Source: an uncultured Gemmatimonadales bacterium (GTDB lineage: Bacteria > Gemmatimonadota > Gemmatimonadetes > Gemmatimonadales > Gemmatimonadaceae). Taken from it: a stretch of DNA of 64,000 nucleotides. A program made the position numbers and the translations under genes. The DNA lies in assembly GCA_963793305.1 (NCBI GenBank), contig CAWBZV010000005.1:384001-448000 (forward strand). The letters are read 5' to 3'. Within the stretch, counting starts at the first letter, position 1. Each line of letters begins with the position of its first letter. This document shows positions 19,136 through 29,123 of the stretch, piece after piece. The notes beneath the pieces were generated by a model. That model was not told where the DNA came from. It made no database searches and saw only the letters and a list, made by a program, of their open reading frames with translations.

Positions 19136-19645
19136 ATTCGGCCGCTCATCGTCCCACGACGCGGCTGTGATCCACCACCGGTTGCCGTCCCAGTAGAGAT
19201 CGATCGAGTTGACGCCGCGCGCGGTCACGGGTCCCGCGGCGACTCTCCGCGACTCGTACGTGCTCATGACGTGCGCGATGTTCCCGATGCGGGACATCGT
19301 GCGGTGAATCTCGTGCTCGTCGAATCCATTTTTCGCGAACCCGCCATCAGTCGCATCGACGTACTCCTGATGCGTGAGCACGCGCACCGTCGGTGTGCCG
19401 TCCTTGTTCACACTGGCCGCGAAGAATCGGATGCCCGGCCAGTAGAGCGTCCGATCCCGCCCCCATTGCCGGGGCTGTCCAGCGGGACCTGAGATGACAT
19501 CATAGTACGCGGCAACGATGCCATCGATCGTCGCGACATCCGCCGGCCGCGGCGTGAGCGTCGGAACAGCCACGTGCGAGGCTGGCGCTTGCGCGCTGGC
19601 GACCGTCGCCAGCGTCGCGGTCAGTACGAAAAGTGAGAGGCGCAT
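19106..19645 (-). CDS. secreted NTF2-like hypothetical protein
   Basis: Signal peptide; YDVISGPAG, GNIAHV.STYE, RGVNSI.L..DG.RWWI. Confidence 0.7.
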   Translation of the reverse strand: MRLSLFVLTATLATVASAQAPASHVAVPTLTPRPADVATIDGIVAAYYDVISGPAGQPRQWGRDRTLYWPGIRFFAASVNKDGTPTVRVLTHQEYVDATDGGFAKNGFDEHEIHRTMSRIGNIAHVMSTYESRRVAAGPVTARGVNSIDLYWDGNRWWITAASWDDERPNSPIPADLLP

Positions 19646-19693
19646 GCCGGCTATATAGCGCGCCTCCCACCGCCACGCTACCCCGCGTCGGCG

Positions 19694-19975
19694 CTAACTC
19701 GCCGCGGCACACGTCACCTTGATCGACATCGTCGTATAGATCTGGAACGTGAGCAACGCGACGAGCCCGTTCCAGAACGATTCCCGCGTTTCGACGCGCG
19801 CGACGCCGTTCGGGCACTTCGACGCCGTCTCGACGGTAGCCGGTAGCGTGGCCCACTCTTTATTGATGACCGTGTCCGACGGCTTGGCGCCGGTCACGAT
19901 CGTGGCGTGATAGCAGGCGGCGCCAGCGAATACACTCAGGGTGAGGGCGACACAACGACGTGCGTGCGAATGCAC
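19694..19975 (-). CDS. Bor/Iss-like lipoprotein
   Basis: Lipobox GAAC; CPNGVARVET..SFWNGLV..LT..IYT...I.VTC. Confidence 0.7.
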   Translation of the reverse strand: MHSHARRCVALTLSVFAGAACYHATIVTGAKPSDTVINKEWATLPATVETASKCPNGVARVETRESFWNGLVALLTFQIYTTMSIKVTCAAAS

Positions 19976-19990
19976 AAGGGCTCTCGCGCC

Positions 19991-20623
19991 CTACGGCGCG
20001 GCGTCGAGCCGCTTGTGCATCTCGGTGAGCGCCGAATCTACCTGGGGCAACGCGCCCGAGACGAAATCGCTGGTGAACGAACAGCACCAGCTGGAGCACC
20101 GCGTGTTGATGAGGAAGATATGCGTTCCCTCAACGTCGAAGCTCAGGAATCTGGCCGTCGCCACGTGCGACGTTCCGTGCTTCCTGAGGAGCAGCGGCCG
20201 AACGTACCGTCTGCTCAGCGAATCCTCGGGGATCATGACGCCCCGCGCATTCTCTCCCGACCCGGACACCCAGAAATAGGTCGTACCAGCGGACGCGCCC
20301 AATGGCCCAAATGGGGCGCTGCTCTGTATACGTGCGATGATGCGGCCAGCCTCGACCGCGGAATCGGTGAGCGTAGCCGCGCCGACCTCTGGAGCGGCCG
20401 TGAGGTGGATCGTGTCCCCGGCCGGCGTGTGGACCGTAATCGTGTCCGCGCCCGGCGCAGCCGAATCGAACTGCAAGGTCTTGGCATACGCGATCACATC
20501 GCTATTCGAGACACTCGCGATCGGCTTCCCGGCGAACGGGGGCGCGGGCGTCGGCCGCGGTTCCTTGGTGCAGGCAACGGCGACGAGACAGGGCACGACC
20601 AGCGGCAGGACGCGGCGGAACAT
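19991..20623 (-). CDS. hypothetical lipoprotein
   Basis: MFRRVLPLVVPCLVAVAC lipobox; C-terminal RCSSWCC. Confidence 0.6.
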   Translation of the reverse strand: MFRRVLPLVVPCLVAVACTKEPRPTPAPPFAGKPIASVSNSDVIAYAKTLQFDSAAPGADTITVHTPAGDTIHLTAAPEVGAATLTDSAVEAGRIIARIQSSAPFGPLGASAGTTYFWVSGSGENARGVMIPEDSLSRRYVRPLLLRKHGTSHVATARFLSFDVEGTHIFLINTRCSSWCCSFTSDFVSGALPQVDSALTEMHKRLDAAP

Positions 20624-20663
20624 GGGAACTCCGTCGAGAGGATTTGGGAATGTCGCTCGATTG

Positions 20664-23444
20664 CTACGGCTGCGCGAGGGCGCGCGCTCGTGTAACAATC
20701 GGTTGTAGCTCGGGATCAGCGCCGCCCCAGAGGGCGACCACAGCCTGGGCCCAGCGACTCGCGGTACGCGCATCGCCAGTATGATGCGCCAGATCTGCTC
20801 TCAGCGCCATCATCCGCACAAACGGCGCCGCTTCGGAGGCGTCCTCCGTGAGCCGCAAGCCGAACCGGGGGATGGCGTCCAAGCCCTGGAAGTCGATCTC
20901 GCCAATGGCGCTCGCGGTGTCACCTGCGGCGAGGGCCAATCGGGCATCCACGAACAGCCCGGCCGGGTCGGCGTCGCCGGGCATGACGAGCCGCATCTGC
21001 TCTTTCAACTCGGCGATGTACGTCCGCTCCGGCGAGAGATCCCCATGCGTAAAGGACCACTGGCGAGCCATCTGCGAGTTTGCTCCACCGTCCGGACGGT
21101 GGTCGACCGACACCCCCATCTCGTCGTAGGCGAGCGTGGCCGGCCAGTCCATCAGCGCGCGACGCACTTCCTGCCTATGAGCCGTATCGACCCACGCACG
21201 AATGGCCCGCACGGTGCGCTCGGCGCTGACGCGCATGCTGTCGACCGGTGCCCCGCAGGCGGCATAGCCGAGATACGCGAGCGCCTCCGACGCCGGCATG
21301 ATGGGTGCGAGCGCGCGAGCTTTCGGCGGAGGGAGCGAGATCGTGTCGTATGCCGCGGTCATGCGCAGGGCGGCGACCGTCCGGCCCACGTGACCCGTCA
21401 GCGCCGCCGCTGTCGCGACCAACCCCGCTTCTTCGGCGGTTGGCAGAGTCCATGACGACAGAATCGAGTCCGCAATGGCTCGGGCGGAGACGAAGCGCTC
21501 GACCTCGATATCGAGCCGCGCCTCATCCAGCATCGCGGTCAGGCGCTGCAACGGCCGCTCCGACAGCGCGCGAGCGCGCCGTGCTTCGTCGAGCGCATTC
21601 GTATCGCCCGCGGCCCGTGACGAGATCGCGCCGGCGGCCTCGAGCGCACGCGCCAGTTGCAGATGGGCGGCGCCACTTCCCGGAGCCGAATGTACCCACG
21701 CGACTGCGACCGTTCTCAGCAGGGCGATGTTGCGCGCGATCGCCTCATTCTGTGTCGCTGGCCGCACCGAAATCCGACCTTGCCGTATTTCCTCGAAGAG
21801 TCGTGGCACGAATACCAACGTGTCGTGGCCCAGCTCCGGGAAGGCCGCAAAGTACGTCGTGTCGCCATTGGCAACGGCGAAACCCAGGCGGATCATGTTT
21901 GGCTGTGTCCAGAGCAACCGTGACAGTCGCTCGGAGCCAAGATTGATGAACGCTTCCTGGAACTCCGGCAGAATCTGCAGCGCCTTCGTGTATGCGTTCA
22001 CGGCCGAGTGCATGCTCGACCGGAACCGCCAACCGGTGGGACTGGATGGGTCGCGGACGACGAGCCGGTCCTGGCTGCGGCACTCGCCAAGACCGAACCA
22101 GGCGATGAAATCTTGCGAGTCCGCCTTGACCATCTCGCCGTACCGATCGCACGCCTCGGCGTACCGGCCGTCCGTGAGGGCCGACAGCGCTTGGATCGAC
22201 TGCTGGTCGTGCGGTCCGAGCCGATCGCGGAGTCCCATCGCCCGATCGACGATGGCCTTCAAGGTGGTCGGAGCCGCCGAGTGGCTGGGGTTCTGCCACT
22301 CCATGGTCTGCGCCAGCCACAGCTGCGCTTGCGCGAACTGCGGGTCCGCTTGTACTGCCGCACCGAACTGTTGCGACGCGCCATTGAGATCCCACGCCGC
22401 GAGGGCGCGATGCGCGGCGACGTACGTGTCGTGCGCCCGCGGCGACCGTGTCTCGGCGGCCTCGGCGTCGGAGACGAAAGGCAGGAGATGTCGCGCATTG
22501 CCGGCGGGGCCGCGCCGAAGCGCCAGGAGCGCGACGAGCGCCAGGCCGGCGGTGCCGACCGACGTGAGCCACGGGTGGCGACGAATGCGAACGCCGACGG
22601 ACGAACGGCGCGGCATCGGTGGTGGTTCGCCCTCCAGCGACCGGATGAACGCGCTCGCGTTCGGGAAGCGATCTCCGGGCGCGAGGCGGAGCGCACACAG
22701 GATGGTCCGCTCGAGCGCAGCCGGCACGTCGCGCCGTCTGCGCCGCAGAGGCTCCGGCGGCGTCAAGAACCGGTCGAACGCCAGGCCACTCAGTCCCCGT
22801 GGCGACACGGGCGGCTCGCCGACCAGCGCCTCGTAGAGCACGCAGGCAAGCGAGTACAGATCGCTGCGGGCGTCTGCCGGGTCGCCGCACGCCTGCTCGG
22901 GACTCATGTAGGCTGGCGTGCCAAGGCCGACGCCCGTCGCGGTCAGCGCGGGATCGCCGATCGGTGTCTCGGCTCGCGCGATACCAAAGTCGGCGAGCAG
23001 CGCATGGCCGTCGGCGATCAGCACGTTCTCGGGCTTGATGTCCCGGTGCACGTATCCGCGGGCGTGGGCGAACGCGAGGGCGTCCGCCATCTCTCGCGCG
23101 AGCCGTGCGACATCGGCAACCGGCAGCATCTTCTCGGTCAAGAGGCGCGTCCGCAGGGAGCCGCCCGCGACGTAGGGCATGACGAAGAACAGCGTGCCGT
23201 CGTGCTCGCCCGAGTCGTACAGCGGCAGAATGTGCGGATGCGCGAGCTGCGCGAGCGTGACGATCTCGCGCAGGAATCGCCTGACGGCCACCGGGTCCGG
23301 ATAGGGGCCGACGAGGAACTTGAGCGCTACATCACGGCCGTGCTTCTCGTCGTGCGCCAGGTAGACGGCCGCCATCCCGCCGCGTCCGATCTGCCGCTCA
23401 ATGCGATAGCGGTCCCCTACTACCGAATAGTCTGCGGGCAACAT
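20664..23444 (-). CDS. Hanks-type Ser/Thr protein kinase with TM segment and TPR-like C-terminus
   Basis: GRGGMAAVY, VALK, HRDIKPEN, DFG, GTPAYMSPE, DLYSL. Confidence 0.92.
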   Translation of the reverse strand: MLPADYSVVGDRYRIERQIGRGGMAAVYLAHDEKHGRDVALKFLVGPYPDPVAVRRFLREIVTLAQLAHPHILPLYDSGEHDGTLFFVMPYVAGGSLRTRLLTEKMLPVADVARLAREMADALAFAHARGYVHRDIKPENVLIADGHALLADFGIARAETPIGDPALTATGVGLGTPAYMSPEQACGDPADARSDLYSLACVLYEALVGEPPVSPRGLSGLAFDRFLTPPEPLRRRRRDVPAALERTILCALRLAPGDRFPNASAFIRSLEGEPPPMPRRSSVGVRIRRHPWLTSVGTAGLALVALLALRRGPAGNARHLLPFVSDAEAAETRSPRAHDTYVAAHRALAAWDLNGASQQFGAAVQADPQFAQAQLWLAQTMEWQNPSHSAAPTTLKAIVDRAMGLRDRLGPHDQQSIQALSALTDGRYAEACDRYGEMVKADSQDFIAWFGLGECRSQDRLVVRDPSSPTGWRFRSSMHSAVNAYTKALQILPEFQEAFINLGSERLSRLLWTQPNMIRLGFAVANGDTTYFAAFPELGHDTLVFVPRLFEEIRQGRISVRPATQNEAIARNIALLRTVAVAWVHSAPGSGAAHLQLARALEAAGAISSRAAGDTNALDEARRARALSERPLQRLTAMLDEARLDIEVERFVSARAIADSILSSWTLPTAEEAGLVATAAALTGHVGRTVAALRMTAAYDTISLPPPKARALAPIMPASEALAYLGYAACGAPVDSMRVSAERTVRAIRAWVDTAHRQEVRRALMDWPATLAYDEMGVSVDHRPDGGANSQMARQWSFTHGDLSPERTYIAELKEQMRLVMPGDADPAGLFVDARLALAAGDTASAIGEIDFQGLDAIPRFGLRLTEDASEAAPFVRMMALRADLAHHTGDARTASRWAQAVVALWGGADPELQPIVTRARALAQP

Positions 23445-23468
23445 CGACGATATGATGCATCCGGGTCC

Positions 23469-23933
23469 TCACCTAGCGACCTCAGCCGGTTTATAGGCCC
23501 CAGGAACGAGGCGAGCGGCGATCGCCAGCCGGTTCCAGGCATTTATTGCCGCCACCGCGAGGGTCAGATCCGCGAGCTCCTTCTCGCCGAACTGCCGACG
23601 AACCTCCTCGTAGACGCTGTCGCTCGCGTGTCCGTTGGCGATGAAGGTCACCGCCTCGACCCAGGCCAATGCCGCGCGCTCGCGATCCGTATAGTACGGC
23701 GCCTCGCGCCACGCATCGAGACCGTACAGCCGCTGCTCGGTCTCATCGATCGCGCGGAGGTCCTTCCAGTGCATGTCGATGCAAAACGCGCAGCCATTGA
23801 GCTGCGACGCGCGCAGTTGCACGAGCAACAACAGCGATCGCTCCAATCCGCTCGTGCCGAGGTAGGTGTCGAGCGGATCCATGGCGTCGTAGACGCCCGG
23901 CGCGACTTTGGGATAGCTGAATCGAGCTTTCAT
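23469..23933 (-). CDS. carboxymuconolactone decarboxylase / AhpD family protein
   Basis: LVQLRASQLNGCAFCIDMH; INAWNRL. Confidence 0.9.
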   Translation of the reverse strand: MKARFSYPKVAPGVYDAMDPLDTYLGTSGLERSLLLLVQLRASQLNGCAFCIDMHWKDLRAIDETEQRLYGLDAWREAPYYTDRERAALAWVEAVTFIANGHASDSVYEEVRRQFGEKELADLTLAVAAINAWNRLAIAARLVPGAYKPAEVAR

Positions 23934-24313
23934 GATTGGTTCTCCGCGAGTAAGAGCGCTGCTGCCGAAGCCGAAAACACCGAGTAGTCGAGCGGCGACC
24001 ATGGGCCGAACGAGATCGCCATCGCCGTGCCGAAGATCGCGAGGAGCGCGGCGCTGCCGAGCGCGACCCATCGCTTCCACACGCCGGCGACGAGGAGCGC
24101 GCCGAGGACGAGCTCGGCCACCGTCGCTGCTCCCGCCAAGAACGGGATGCTCCACGCGGGCATGAACGCGTTCACTTGGCCCGTGTACTTGACGAAGTTG
24201 GCATAGTTGCCATAGCCAACGTCCTTGCCGTACAGCCCGAAGCGCTCCGCGATTCCATTCAAGAACGCCAGGCCGAGCGCGATGCGAGCGTAGATCAGCG
24301 CGGCTTTTCGCAT
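23930..24313 (-). CDS. DoxX family membrane protein
   Basis: RIALGLAF...ERFG, ATVAELVLG, DYSVFSAS; ATGA overlap. Confidence 0.8.
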   Translation of the reverse strand: MRKAALIYARIALGLAFLNGIAERFGLYGKDVGYGNYANFVKYTGQVNAFMPAWSIPFLAGAATVAELVLGALLVAGVWKRWVALGSAALLAIFGTAMAISFGPWSPLDYSVFSASAAALLLAENQS

Positions 24314-24594
24314 ATGAAAATCGCGAGAAAGGTGGTCGGCTGAGTCGTGCTCGCGTTCGCCGAGACCCGGTGCTCGACGCCCTTCGCTTCGTAGAACATC
24401 TGTCCCGCCACGTACGTGCTCTCCGGCTGGTCGGCGACCTGACTCCGGTACGCCCCTTTGAGCACATAGGCGATCACCGGACATTCATGATGGTGGGCCG
24501 GGGAGCTCCCGCCGGGGCCATACGTCACTTCCTGCACCTTCACGATCGCGTGGGGCAGCACGATCGGCGCGAGGAGCATGATGAGATATCGCAT
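24295..24594 (-). CDS. cupin domain protein
   Basis: YGPGGSSPAHHH..VIAYVLKG; YEA....H.VS.NAS. Confidence 0.8.
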   Translation of the reverse strand: MRYLIMLLAPIVLPHAIVKVQEVTYGPGGSSPAHHHECPVIAYVLKGAYRSQVADQPESTYVAGQMFYEAKGVEHRVSANASTTQPTTFLAIFICEKPR

Positions 24595-24662
24595 GAGCGT
24601 GAACCTAGGCTGAATACGGCCTAGTGCATAGAGCCATATTCGTTATTTTGACTGGACCATTT

Positions 24663-26129
24663 ATGCCGAAACGATCCACGACTTTGGCGCTCGTTCTTCC
24701 GCCTCGTTCGCCCAATGCGCCCGCCACTCAATGGCTCTACGGCGCCATTCGGGCCGAGATCCTCGAGGGTCGTCTTCGTCCGGGAGCCCGTCTCCCAGCC
24801 TCACGCGACCTCGCGCGCCAATACGGTCTCTCGCGCGGCACGATCGTCAGCGCGTTCGCGCAGCTGTCGTCGGAGGGATATGTCGAGGGAACCATCGGGT
24901 CCGGCACACGGGTAAGCGAGGTTCTGCCCGACGACCTGCTGCACACGGGCCCGAGCGAGCCGGTGCAAAAGGCGCGGCCGCGTCGGGTGCTCTCGTCGTA
25001 TGGCCAACGGGTCGGACTCTTCCCCGCGTATCGCACGCGCCCTATCCGCGCATTCCGCGCCGACCAACCGGCGCTCGACCTGTTCCCCACGACGCTGTGG
25101 GCCCAGCTCGCCGCGCGCCGGTTGCGCCGGGCTACCACGAGTCTGCTCCTCGGCACGAGTCCGATGGGCTATGGCCCCTTACGGGAGGCCGTCGCCGACT
25201 ATGTTCGCACCGCGCGCGGCGTCCAGTGCACGGCCGACCAGATCGCGATCGTCTCCGGCGTGCAGGAGGCGCTCGATCTCGTCACGCGATTGTTCGTCGA
25301 CCCGCTCGACCGTGTGTGCATGGAGGACCCGGGTTACCCGGGCGCCGCACTCGCGTTTGTAGCCCGCGGAGCTCGAGTCCTCGGCCTCTCGGTCGACGAC
25401 GAGGGGATGACGATTCCGCGCGGCGACGCTCGCCTGGTGTACGTGACTCCTGGTCACCAGTTTCCGCTCGGCATCAGCATGAGCTTGCGACGGCGCTTGG
25501 CCCTGCTCGAGTGGGCAAGTGGATCCGGCGCGATGATCCTCGAGGATGACTACGACAGCGAGTATCGCTACTCGGGTCGACCCGTGCCGGCCCTGCAGGG
25601 ACTCGACCGCCGCGGTATCGTGCTGTTCGCCGGGAGCTTCAGCAAGGTTCTCTTCCCGTCGCTTCGCCTCGGCTACCTGGTGGTGCCGTCGGATCTCGTC
25701 GACGTCGTCACCGCCACGTTGTCGATCACGAGCCGCCATGCTCCGCTCATCGACCAAGCGATTCTCGCGGATTTCCTCGTCGAGGGACATTTCGCGCGGC
25801 ATGTCCGGCGCATGCGCGAGATCTACGCCGAGCGCCTTGCCGTTCTCATGGAGTCCGCGCAGGCGCACTTGGCTGGCCTGCTCACGATCTCGGGTCTGGA
25901 GGCCGGCCTGCAAACGGCTGCTTGGGTCGCCGATGGCATAGACGCGCAGGCCGCGGCGCGGGCCGCGGCCGTGCGCGATGTAGAAGTTACGCCGCTAGCC
26001 TGGTATACTCGCGGCCGACGCCCACGTGTCATCCGTCAGGGTCTCCACTTGGGCTTCGCCGCTGTCGACGTCCCGGAAATCCGCCGCGGTGTCCGCGATC
26101 TCGCTCGTGCGCTCGAATCTCTCTCCTGA
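24663..26129 (+). CDS. MocR/GabR family GntR-PLP transcriptional regulator
   Basis: LPASRDLA..G.SRGT HTH; TPGHQFPLG, EDDYDSE, SFSKVLFPSLRLG. Confidence 0.92.
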   Translation: MPKRSTTLALVLPPRSPNAPATQWLYGAIRAEILEGRLRPGARLPASRDLARQYGLSRGTIVSAFAQLSSEGYVEGTIGSGTRVSEVLPDDLLHTGPSEPVQKARPRRVLSSYGQRVGLFPAYRTRPIRAFRADQPALDLFPTTLWAQLAARRLRRATTSLLLGTSPMGYGPLREAVADYVRTARGVQCTADQIAIVSGVQEALDLVTRLFVDPLDRVCMEDPGYPGAALAFVARGARVLGLSVDDEGMTIPRGDARLVYVTPGHQFPLGISMSLRRRLALLEWASGSGAMILEDDYDSEYRYSGRPVPALQGLDRRGIVLFAGSFSKVLFPSLRLGYLVVPSDLVDVVTATLSITSRHAPLIDQAILADFLVEGHFARHVRRMREIYAERLAVLMESAQAHLAGLLTISGLEAGLQTAAWVADGIDAQAAARAAAVRDVEVTPLAWYTRGRRPRVIRQGLHLGFAAVDVPEIRRGVRDLARALESLS

Positions 26130-26140
26130 GGAACACTAGG

Positions 26141-26563
26141 ATGTGGCGACTCTTGCTGCTGGTTCTCGTCGTAAGCCGCGCCTCGGCCCAGTCGGTCCGC
26201 TACGTGCCGGCGGGACCGAACCTGCCGTTCTCATCGGCCGTTGTTGTCGACAAGATGATCTATGTCGCGGGTCAGATCGGGAGTGACCCTGCCACCGGCG
26301 CGCTCGTTCCAGGCGGCATCAAGGCCGAGACCGCCCAGGCGCTCAAGAACATCGACGCGGTTTTGCACGGCCTCGGCTCATCGCTCGATCATGTCGTCAA
26401 GTGCACGGCGATGCTCGCGGACATTCAGGAGTGGCCGGCGATGAACGAGGCGTACGTGCCGTTCTTCCCGCACCACCTGCCAGCCCGCAGCGCGTTCGCG
26501 GCCGCCGGCCTCGTGCGCGGCGCGCGGGTCGAGATCGAGTGTACCGCTACCGTGTCGAAGTAG
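26141..26563 (+). CDS. RidA/YjgF family protein with N-terminal signal peptide
   Basis: PFSSAV..IYVAGQIG, MNEAY, PARS, VEIE; MWRLLLLVLVVSRASA signal. Confidence 0.88.
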   Translation: MWRLLLLVLVVSRASAQSVRYVPAGPNLPFSSAVVVDKMIYVAGQIGSDPATGALVPGGIKAETAQALKNIDAVLHGLGSSLDHVVKCTAMLADIQEWPAMNEAYVPFFPHHLPARSAFAAAGLVRGARVEIECTATVSK

Positions 26564-26780
26564 AACCAGTCACCGTAAACCCAACGGCCGCCGATCGACT
26601 ACTCCGTCCGCGCCCGTCGGACGCCGTGACGGTCCATCGATAGGTCACGCCGCGCGTCAGCGCGAGCGTGGACACATCGATCGTGGTGTCCCCGAGCGTG
26701 GCGGCCGAGGCGACGGGGACACCATCGGGCCGCGCGACCTCGATCGTGTAGCGCACCGCGCCACGCACCGAGTGCCACGC
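26547..26780 (-). pseudogene. orphan C-terminal FN3/Ig-like fragment
   Basis: AWHSVRGAVRYTIEV...GVTYRWTVTASDG reads like an FN3 module; the frame hits TAA inside the ArsR promoter with no signal peptide or convincing start. Confidence 0.45.
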
Positions 26781-26823
26781 TTGACAGAGTGCGCGGCCAT
26801 CGCTTATTTAACCAAATAGTTAT
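26781..26823 (+). promoter_or_regulatory. putative promoter and ArsR operator (TTGACA; TAAC-N6-GTTA)
   Basis: TTGACA at 26781-26786; TAAC caaata GTTA at 26809-26822 directly before the ATG. Confidence 0.6.
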
Positions 26824-27168
26824 ATGCCACCCACCAGCAATGCGTTGAGCGCGACGTTCTCGGCCCTCGCCGATCCGACTCGCCGCGCGATTTTATCTCG
26901 CTTAGCCACGGGTGAGGCGTCCGTGACCGAGCTCGCCCAGCCATTCGCGATGAGCATGCCCGCGATCTCGAAGCACTTGAAGGTGCTCGAGCACGCCGGC
27001 CTCATCGCCCGGGGCCGTGACGCCCAGTGGCGGCCGTGCCGCTTGGAGGCGGGGCCACTGCGTGGCATCGCCGACTGGGTCGAGCCGTACCGTCGTCTCT
27101 GGGAAGGCCGTTTCGACCGGCTCGAAGCCTACCTGCGGGTGGCCAAGCGCAAACGGAGATCTCGTTGA
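26824..27168 (+). CDS. ArsR/SmtB family transcriptional regulator
   Basis: FSALADPTRRAIL; MSMPAISKHLKVLE.AGLI. Confidence 0.92.
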   Translation: MPPTSNALSATFSALADPTRRAILSRLATGEASVTELAQPFAMSMPAISKHLKVLEHAGLIARGRDAQWRPCRLEAGPLRGIADWVEPYRRLWEGRFDRLEAYLRVAKRKRRSR

Positions 27169-27593
27169 ACGACCGCGAGCTGATCATCACTCGCGTGTTC
27201 GACGCGCCGCGCGATCTCGTGTTCAAAGCCTGGACGGAGCCCGAGCGCTTGGCGAAGTGGTGGGGCCCGGAAGGATTTGCGTTACCGTTTCTCGAGCTCG
27301 ACATGCGGCCGGGCGGCACATGGCGGGCGTGCATGCGTGGGCCCGACGGCGCCAACTACTGGCAACACGGTGTCTGTCGAGAGCTCGTGCCGCCCGAGCG
27401 ACTGGCCTACACGCTCATCTGGGACTCGGATCCCGAGCACGAGATGCTCGTCACCGTCGTCTTCGCCGAGCGCGGGCGGAAGACCGAGATGACGTTCAGT
27501 CAGCGCCTGTTCAAGTCCGTCGAGTCGCGCGACTCGCACCGCGACGGTTGGTCGTCCTCGCTCAACCGTCTCGACGCCTATCTCGCATCATGA
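27165..27593 (+). CDS. SRPBCC/AHSA1 domain protein
   Basis: ITRVFDAPRDLVFKAWTEPE...WWGP; GW...L.RL; TTGA overlap. Confidence 0.9.
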   Translation: MNDRELIITRVFDAPRDLVFKAWTEPERLAKWWGPEGFALPFLELDMRPGGTWRACMRGPDGANYWQHGVCRELVPPERLAYTLIWDSDPEHEMLVTVVFAERGRKTEMTFSQRLFKSVESRDSHRDGWSSSLNRLDAYLAS

Positions 27594-28336
27594 CGCACGC
27601 GTTCTACGCCCAACCGGGCCCGATGACGTCCACTGGTGCCCACGATCTCAGTCGTGCGCCAAAGCATCCCGCGGACATCGCGCGCATGATCCAGGGCCTG
27701 GTCATTCACGAGTTCATGGCTCCGGCGTATGGCGTAACCGTGTCGGCAGAGCGTGTCAACGAAAGCCACATCCGTCATGTCGCCGAGATGCTGGACGGCA
27801 TATTCGCGCTGGACCCTTCGCCGCTCACCGTCGCGCGCCCGCCGGAAAAACGGCTCGTCGGCGTGTGCCATCATTTTTCGTTGCTGTTCGTCGCGATGAT
27901 GCGCGAGCACGGCATGCCGGTCCACTGGACGTCCCGCGTGACCGATTCATCGTCGCCGGCGACGCCTGGCAGCAATGTCGCTCGGGCAGGGCGGACCCCG
28001 CGCACTTCGGGATCTTCTGCGGCAACCTGCGCGGTCTCTGGTTCGTCGCTGGCGGAGATGATCCGCGACATGTCGGCGCTCAACGCGATCGAGTTGCTCC
28101 CCTGGGACGTCTGGGGCGCCATGCCCCCACCGGGCGAGCCGCTCGACGCACGACTCCCGTATTTCGATCAGCTGGCGGCGCTCACGCTATCCGATTCGCT
28201 CGCCGACGTGCGCTCGCGATTCGAGGCCGATGCCGGACTCCGCGTCCCGCCAACGGTGTTCAACGCCGTGCGGAACCGCCCGGAGGCCATTACTGGATCT
28301 TGGCGACCCCAGAGCCAGGGGTCGGGTAGCGCGTAA
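27590..28336 (+). pseudogene. transglutaminase-like protein with internal deletion and two frameshifts
   Basis: N-part has RLVGVCHHF; a second frame gives LDVPRDRFIVAGDAW..CRSG..GLWFVAG; the C-part has ELLPWDVWG; the segment normally carrying catalytic His/Asp is absent. Confidence 0.7.
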
Positions 28337-29123
28337 AGATCTCCGGATCATGGCCGGGCAGAATGAGGCTGGGATCGCTGGCGATGCGATGCATGCGATC
28401 TTGTGCCGCGACATTGGAGACCGTGTCGGCTGGCGAAAATGTCTGCGCGATCGACGCGCGCTTGGTGAGATTCTCGTACGTATAGGCGTTGTCGGACGCC
28501 AGCACGACCGTCCCCTTCGTGGTTTTGACACCCAGGTATTGCGACGCGTAGGTATGTCGCCCGCCGGTATACACGGTGATGCCGGGCATGATCTCTTTGT
28601 TGTCGCCGTCAATGAGGACCACGCGCCCGGCTTTCTTTAATTGGCCGAGCATGGCGGCGTCCGCGGTATCGATCGTATTGGCCTTTGGCCGTCCGTCGGC
28701 ATCGACGTAGTGCTCGTACTCGTCCTTCTGTATCCAGATCTTCGCGCGCGGAAAGAGATCCGCGCCGTCGAGATGGTCCCAGTGCACATGGGAGATGATG
28801 ATGTCCGTGATGGCGTCCGGCGCGAGGCCGATCTTGGCGATGGCCTCCGAGGGTCGCACGAACCCCGTCGGCTTCCACGCCTTGATGAACTTGTCGCGAT
28901 AAAATCCGGCATCGAACAGCACGACGCGATGCGGGTCGCCGGTGGGTTTGAGGGCCCACACGATGAACGCGATATTCTGCTTGCGCGTCGAGTCCGCGTG
29001 CAACACGAGCGCGTTAGTCGGCAAGCCGGTGTACCCCGCGAACTGGATGCCATAAATCTCGTACTGCGCTCTCGCTTGCTGCCCCAACAAAGCGAGGGCC
29101 GCGACTGCCGTCGTGATTTTCAT
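28290..29123 (-). CDS. N-acyl homoserine lactonase family metallo-beta-lactamase fold hydrolase
   Basis: SHVHWDH, GRHT, ASD, PGHD; signal peptide. Confidence 0.88.
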   Translation of the reverse strand: MKITTAVAALALLGQQARAQYEIYGIQFAGYTGLPTNALVLHADSTRKQNIAFIVWALKPTGDPHRVVLFDAGFYRDKFIKAWKPTGFVRPSEAIAKIGLAPDAITDIIISHVHWDHLDGADLFPRAKIWIQKDEYEHYVDADGRPKANTIDTADAAMLGQLKKAGRVVLIDGDNKEIMPGITVYTGGRHTYASQYLGVKTTKGTVVLASDNAYTYENLTKRASIAQTFSPADTVSNVAAQDRMHRIASDPSLILPGHDPEIFTRYPTPGSGVAKIQ

